The notes under the pieces were generated by a model. The model made no database searches. It had not been told where the DNA came from and was given only the letters and a program-made list of their open reading frames with translations. Shown one piece after another: positions 23,800 through 64,000 of a DNA stretch of 64,000 bases. The position numbers and the translations under genes were made by a program. The DNA is from Anaeramoeba ignava BMAN (Eukaryota; Protista; Anaeramoebae), in contig JAPDFW010000078.1 of the NCBI GenBank assembly GCA_028826165.1, positions 323,351 to 387,350 on the forward strand. Direction: 5' to 3'. Positions within the stretch are counted from its first letter, which is position 1. Each line of letters begins with the position of its first letter.

Positions 23800-25090
23800 G
23801 GAAATAATTTCAAAAAGGATTTATTATTAATATTAAATTATTGTTATTAAAAATAAAGAAATAAATTTGAAACAAAAATTAAATAAAAATTTAACTTAAT
23901 TTTTAATAATAATTAATTTATTATTTTGTAATAAAATTAATTAAGAAATAATTTATAAAAAGGATTTATTATTAATATTAAATTAATATTATTAAAAATA
24001 AAGAAATAAATTTGAAACAAAAATTAGATAAAAATTTAATTTAATTTTTAATAATAATTAATTTATTATTTTGCAATAAAATTAATTAAGAAATGATTTA
24101 AAAAAGAATTTATTATTAATATTAAATTAATATTATTAAAAATAAAGAAATAAATTTGAAACAAAAATTAGATAAAAATTTTATTTAATTTTTAATAATA
24201 ATTAATTTAATATTTTGCAATAAAATTAATCAAGAAATGATTTTAAAACTTTTATTCATTTTTTTTCATTTTTTTTTTGTTTTTTTTTTCTAAATTAAAA
24301 AAATAAAAAGAAAAAAAAAGAAAAAATCAAATAAAAATTTTAAAAACAAAATTATAAAAAAAAATAAAGAGAAAATGTTAATTAAAATGTAAAATAATTT
24401 ACTTATATAATTTATAAAAAGAATTTATTATCTAAATTAATTCAAAATTGATTTAAAAATAAATATAAATTTAAATCAAAAATAAATTTAATTAATTTTA
24501 TTTCCAAAAAAATAAAATAATTTTAAATAATATTAAATAATAATATTTAATTAATTTTAAAGTATAAATTATTTTGAAATAAATTAATAATATAAAATAT
24601 AATTTTATTATTAATTTCCTTATTAAATAATTAATAAAATAATTTAAATATTTTTAATATAAATTTAATCAAAAATTAAATAATAAAAATTAAAATTAAA
24701 ATATAAAATAATTTATTTATACAATTTATAAAAAGGATTTATTATCTAAATTAATTCAAAATTGATTTAAAAATGAATATAAATTTAAATCAAAAATAAA
24801 TTTAATTAATTTTATTTCCAAAAAAATAAAATAAATTTAAATAATTTTAAATAATAATATTTAATTAAATTTAAAATATAAATTATTTTGAAATAAATTA
24901 ATAATACAAAATATAATTTTATTATTTAATTTCCTTATTAAATAATTAATAAAATATTTTAAACAATCTTAATATAAATTTAATCAAAAAATTAAATAAT
25001 TAAAATTAAAATTAAAATATAAAATAATTTATTTATATAATTTATAAAAAGAATTTATTATCTAAATTAATTCAAAATAGATTCAAAAAT
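23800..25090. repeat. Two small tandem arrays: ~148 bp x3 (23800-24240) and ~322 bp x2.2 (24390-25090)
   Basis: Directly visible repeated blocks (aaataaagaaataaatttgaaacaaaaatt; tttattatctaaattaattcaaaattgatttaaaaat). Confidence 0.8.
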
Positions 25091-25099
25091 AAAAATAAA

Positions 25100-28000
25100 T
25101 ATGTTAAAATTAATAATGAAGAAATTAAAATTGAAGAAATATTTAGATATTATTATTAAAGAAAATTTCAAATTTTTTTGCTTCAAAAAATGATTTGAAA
25201 TTGATTTTATTCAAGAAATAATTATTAAAACAATTTAGAAAATTGAAGATGATTATTATCCAATAGTAAATTATTTTATTTGATTTAAAATTTTTTTAAA
25301 TTCAAATTCCAAAATAATTTATTTATTTATTTAGAAAAGGGAATACAATAGAATTTATCAAATAAAAACTCTCAAAAATTTATAAAATATTTCCTTATAT
25401 TCAAAAAAAATAATTTTGAAAATGAAACTTATTATATTAATTGAATAAAATTATGAAACAAAATTCCCAAATCAAAAAATCAAAATTGATACATTTTCTA
25501 CAAAAAGAAATCTAACAATAAATTTCATTTATCAAAACACAAATGATTTAAATTATTAAATTATTTACAAATTGAAATGAAATTTAAACAAAATTATAAT
25601 CAACAAAATAAATATATCTCTTCATAATATTTAAAAGAAATCAAATCAAATTTACATTAATTTTGATTATGAAAATTTAATTGGAAAAACAAAAAAAAAA
25701 TAATAATAAAAGAAAAAGGAAATCAAATTGATAAATATTCAAGTTTTCACCTTTGTATTAAACCAAAAAAAAAATTCATCAATAACATTATATCTCTTTT
25801 CTCAATTCAAAAATAATACAATAAAAAAATATATATATTTCAGTTGATAAAATTGATATTAAAACAGAATCTTTGAATAGAAACACAAAGAAAATAGATT
25901 GAATCTAATTGAAAAAAGATTTGAAATCAATAAATCAAATATCAAGATAAAACCAAATATTGTTATGGAATATTTTACAGAAGAAAAAGAAAAAGAACTT
26001 AAAATGGATATTTTAAAACAATTCTACATTTCAAAATCAAAAAAAGAATTTAACATAAAACAAACAATAATAAGCTTACTGTATTTTCATAATCTATTTA
26101 TTGATATTATAAAGAAAAACCTTTATATTCTCTTTTTAATGTTATTTCTTATTCGAAAAAAAAAGAAGAAAATTGTGGAATTAAATTAATAACCAAAATA
26201 TTTCCTTAAAATCTATAATTAAAACATGAAATATTTTATTAATTCTTTTGTTTCTCTTGTTTTTTATATAGATCTTATTACAGAATTCATTTTATTATTT
26301 GAACTAAATGAAAACTATTGATATTTAACATTAATGAATATTTTAAAAAGAAATTTAAAAGAAAAAAGAAAGAAAGAATTTTATTTAATATAGATTTTTC
26401 TATTAAGAAAAAATAGAATAACAATTAAGAGATAATCCACAAATTGAAACATTTACAATAAAAAGAAAAGAAAAGAAAATATTCTTGATTTCCAAAATAT
26501 TTCAACAATTATTTGATCTTTTAATATTGAATATACAACAATTTTCATTCATTTCCCTTTCAAAAACAAACTTTCTAACTGTTTACATCATTACAGAAAT
26601 ATTTTCTTCCACTTTAATCAATATTTCTCAAATCTCACAATTTTCAAGATTATTTTATTTTATTTATATTATGAAAAGAAAAAAGAATTTGAATTATTAT
26701 CAACAACAAAAATATCTATCTTAAATATATTCAACAATTTAATCCATAAACAGAAATACTTATTTCCATTTTTATTATTTCAAGAATTTATGAAAATTAT
26801 TTGAATATCTTCAATTTACTTTTGCATTGGAAACACTTGATACATATATTCAATAACTTAAAATAATAATTTGAATATTTATTTATTTCTTGAATCAAAA
26901 TATCACAAATAAACAATTAACCAAATATTGAAATTATGGAATTTTTTTCCATTTTCTTGAAACTGAAAAAAAAGATCAAATCAAAATATATTTCTTGAAT
27001 ATTTTTTTTGAATAAAAAATTACTGATATCAATGAATACTTATTTTCACAAATCTTCACAAAATATTTCTCCCTTTTATTTGTAAATAACAATTATTCAA
27101 AACACACAAAAAGAATATTTTCCACAAATATTTTGAAATTGATGATTAATTACAACTTTTTATATTCTAAAACAAAATTAACAAAATTCAACAACATTTT
27201 TGAATAATTTATATATCCTTTCTTTAGAAATATTTCCACTTTCCAGAATATTATTTATTTCCATTTCAAAATTATTCTTCAATTATTTTCTTCAAGAAAA
27301 AGAATATTAAATTGAATTGAATTGAAAATACATTTCTTAATAATTTCAATAATATTCACAAATTCTTTATTTATTTATTTCAAGGAAATATACTTCTATT
27401 TAATCTATTCAAAAAATATAACAGATAGAACTCAATTTTATCAATAAATTTAATTTAATTTAATTTAATTTAATTACTACAAAATTATTCTTCATTTCTC
27501 CAAAATAATTGATAAAATTACAAAATTCCTAATCATAAATATTTATTAATCATTCCATTTTGAAGAGATTTCCATTAATATCAAACAAGAAAATTCTTTT
27601 TCAAAATATTAAATTCAATTTCAAATCCAATTTAAATTCACAAAATTCTAAACAATAACAAGTTATTTCTGTTCATTAATCTTAATTATTTAACAACAAA
27701 AAAAAATTATTTATAAATTCTAACTTCTTTAAAATTGAGAAATTAAATCCTTATTGGAAAAACAAAATGAAAAAAATGAAAATAATCTTCAAAATCCAAA
27801 ATCACTTTTAAATTTCAATTATCTTTACTTAAATATTGGAAAATGATATAAATATCAAAATTCTAACTCTTATTTAATTTATTATTTAAATCAATTTAAT
27901 CAAGAAATATTCAAAATTCTTTTTAAAAAACATGATATCTGTTCATTTATTTAATCCAAAATATAATCCAAAACAAATTTGATTTCAAAATATTTCCAAA

Positions 28001-28450
28001 TTCACAAATATTATATAGATAAATCAATTATTATATAAATACTCAATAAATCTTCTTTAAAATATTTATCTTCAAATTTTGGAAGATTTTATTTAATTCT
28101 ACTTTTGAATAACTTTGGAAAAAACTATTTATTATTTATTTATTCATTCCTTTCTTTTTTATTCAACAAAATTTCCAAATTTATTTCCTTTATAAACCTC
28201 AAACTCAAATCAAAACATTTCCAAAAAAAGAAATATTTCTTGATTTTTTATTACAAAATATAAAATATTCAAAAATTTTCTTTTTTGTTAATAGAATTAA
28301 TATTTAAATTCCAAAAAAAAATAGATAGAATTGAATTGTTTTGATTTAAAAATTATTATTAAATTATTTCCAAAAAAAAAATAGAAAGAAATTCAATATT
28401 TAAATAGATTTAATTTATTTATAAATTCTTTCAAAAAAAATATTTTAATT
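25100..28450 (+). pseudogene. Decayed coding-like sequence with many stops and frameshifts, family not recognised
   Basis: C-enriched plus strand and codon-like texture, with short ORF remnants at 25899 and 26485 and no intact frame. Confidence 0.35.
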
Positions 28451-28719
28451 GATTTTTATTTGGAAAAAATAAATAAATTTAATTAAAAAAATTCAAAATT
28501 ATGATTAAGAACAATTTTATCAATTTTATTTCATTTTTGAAAAAGAAATTAAATAAACAATTTGTTTTGAAATTTATTCAAAACTTAATAAATAAGAAAT
28601 TTTCTTTTTTAATTTCTTTTTCCTTTTTCTTTTTTTTTAATTAAAAAAATAAAAAAAAACAAATTTTTCATTTTTTTTTCATTTTTTTTTTCACAAAAGT
28701 AAACACAAAGAAATAAAAG

Positions 28720-30630
28720 TAATTTATTTATATTTATTATTTTACACATAAATTATTTATCTAAATTATTTAAATAATCAAAATATTTATAAATTATTTA
28801 TTAATATTATTTAATTTCAATTTATTTTATTTATTAAAAAAAAGGAAAAAAAAACAAATTAAAAAATTAAAAAATAATTAAATTTAAAATATTAAATTAA
28901 TATTTTCATAAATTATTTATTTAAATTATTTAAATAAACAAAATATTTATAAATTATTTATTAAAATTATTTAATTTCAATTTATTTTATTTAATAAAAA
29001 AAGGAAAAAAAACACAAATTAAAAATTAAAAATAATTAAATTAAAAATATTAAATTATTATTTTAAACATAAATTATTTATCTAAATTATTTAAATAATA
29101 AAAATATTTATAAATTATTAATTAATATTATTTAATTTTTATTTATTTTATTTATTAAAAAAAAAACAAATTAAAAAATTAAAAAATAATTAAATTAAAA
29201 ATATATAATTATTATTTTACACATAAATCATTTATTTAAATTATTTAAATAATCAAAATATTTATAAATTATTAATTAATATTATTTAATTTCAATTTAT
29301 TTTATTTATTAAAAAAAAGGAAAAAAAATAAATTAAAAAATTAAAAAATAATTAAATTAAAAATATTAAATTATTATTTTAAACATAAATTATTTATCTA
29401 AATTATTTAAATAATCAAAATATTTATAAATTATTTATTAATATTATTTAATTTCAATTTATTTTATTTATTAAAAAAAAAGGAAAAAAAACACAAATTA
29501 AAAAATTAAAAAATAATTAAATTAAAAATATTAAATTATTATTTTACACATAAATTATTTATCTAAATTATTTAAATAATCAAAATATTTATAAATTATT
29601 AATTAATATTATTCGATTTCAATTTATTTTATTTATTAAAAAAAAGGAAAAAAACAAATTAAAAAATTAAAAAATAATTAAATTAAAAATATTAAATTAT
29701 TATTTTAAACATAAATTATTTATTTAAATTATTTAAATAATAAAATATTTATAAATTATTTATTTATATTATTTAATTTCTATTTATTTTATTTAATAAA
29801 AAAAAAGAAAAAAAAACAAAATAAATTAAAAAATTAAAAAATAATTAAATTAAAAATATTAAATTATTATTTTAAACATAAATTATTTATCTAAATTATT
29901 TAAATAATCAAAATATTTATAAATTATTTATTAATATTATTTAATTTCAATTTATTTTATTTATTAAAAAAAAGGAAAAAATAGAAAACATCACAGAATA
30001 AAAGTAAGAAATTTAAAAATATAAAAATATATAATTATTATTTCACACATAAATTATTTATCTAAATTATTTAAATAATCAAAATATTTATAAATTATTT
30101 ATTAAAATTATTTAATTTTAATTTATTTTATTTATTAAAAAAAAGGAAAAAAAAAATTAATTAAAAATATAAAAATATAATTTTACTCATAAATTATTAT
30201 TTAATTTATTTAAATAAACAAAAATACTTATAAATAATTAATTAAATTTAAATTTAATTTGTTTTATTTATTTGGAAAAAGAGCAAAAACAATATTTAAT
30301 TAAAAAAGATATAAAATAATATTTTAAACATAAATTATTTATCTAAATTATTTAAATAATAAAAATATTTATAAATTATTTATTTAAATTTATTTTATTT
30401 ATTTGAAAAAACAAAATAGAAAACATCAGACAATAAAAGTAAGTGATTTATAAATATATAATAATTATTTTAAACATAAATTATTTAAATAAAAAAAAAT
30501 ATTTATAAATTATTAATTAAAATTATTTAATTTTTATTTATTTTATTTATTTAAAAATATAAAAATATTATTTATCTAAATTATTTAAATAATCAAAATA
30601 TTTATAAATTATTAATTAAATTTATTTTAT
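28720..30630. repeat. AT-rich tandem satellite, ~160-bp unit, ~12 copies, directly upstream of the BTB-ARM-ANK start codon
   Basis: Unit cataaattatttatctaaattatttaaataatcaaaatatttataaattatt...aaaaaaggaaaaaa recurs at ~160 bp spacing. Confidence 0.88.
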
Positions 30631-30652
30631 TTATTTGAAAAAAAAGGGAAAA

Positions 30653-63155
<32,503 letters not shown>

Positions 63156-64000
63156 GTAAAAAAAAATTTACAAAAAAAAATAAATTGAATAATAATAATA
63201 ATCAAAATATTATTATTATTATTAATTATATTTTAAAAACAAAAATAAAAATAATTTAAAATTATAATTTTCTTTATGTAATAATAAAAACAAGAAATCT
63301 AAATTTTGTTTATAATTTCAATTTTAATTTTTTTTTATTATAAAAAATAATTATTTACAAAAAAAGAAAAAATTAAAAAAAATTTGAAAGAGAAAGAGAA
63401 AGAGAAAGAGAAAGAAAATATTTTTATTTTTATATTTATTATTTAAAAGAATAATAATTAATAAATTTAATATATAAATTTAATTTTAATTACAAAATAA
63501 TAATAATAATAAGTTTTAGATAATTTTAAGTTATGAAATAAAAATATTATTTTATTTATAAATCTTTATTTAATAACAAATTTAAATTAATTCTTTTTTA
63601 AAATAAATAAATAATTAATTAAACACAAAAAGAAACTTCAAATTATTTTTCATTTATTTAACAAAAAAAAAATAAAAAATAAAACCAAAATTTTATAAAA
63701 TTCAAATAATTTTTTTTTTTGATAAAATTTTTTCAATTTGAAATGAAATGATAAAATAAAAATAAAATATTATTAATTATTATTTAGATAAGAAATTTTG
63801 AAAAGATAAATATATTTTTTATTTATTTCAAATAAACAAATTAAATAAATAAAAGAATTAAAAATAATCAGAATTATTGAAAAAAAAAAGAAAGAAATTA
63901 TTAATTTATAAATAAATTTATTATTCTTAATCTAAATATTAAATATTAGAGAAAAAATAAAATAAAATTTATTTAATATTCATTTAGATTAAAATAATCA

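Overview
Extremely AT-rich, intron-containing eukaryotic DNA. It is probably a protist; the RCC1-BTB and BTB-ARM-ankyrin architectures suggest an Anaeramoeba-like metamonad, but this is inference only. Bases 1-23 kb are gene-dense: a PDI-family gene (partial), RPS29, an RCC1-BTB gene, a small hypothetical gene, an ankyrin-DHHC palmitoyltransferase (AKR1/ZDHHC13/17-like) with a clear U12-type AT-AC intron, and two convergent genes built of PH-like repeats. Many introns there are inflated by microsatellites. From 30.6 kb to beyond the window end is one large plus-strand BTB-ARM-ankyrin gene. Each ankyrin repeat is a separate 96-nt phase-0 exon (33457, 46149, 63060). The 12.6-kb and 16.8-kb introns between them carry arrays of candidate single-codon microexons (AG|NNN|GTAA; 17 perfect 3-nt cases, none a stop codon) that would supply the variable beta-hairpin residue(s) between repeats. 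This is a candidate combinatorial splicing system for diversifying an ankyrin binding surface and is the main finding. The same introns hold decayed antisense LINE (APE+RT) relics, possible pseudogene debris and microsatellites. Nearly all low-complexity ORFs in the supplied track (DFDF, KLKL, NFNF) are repeat artefacts. All gene models were read by eye, without transcript data.
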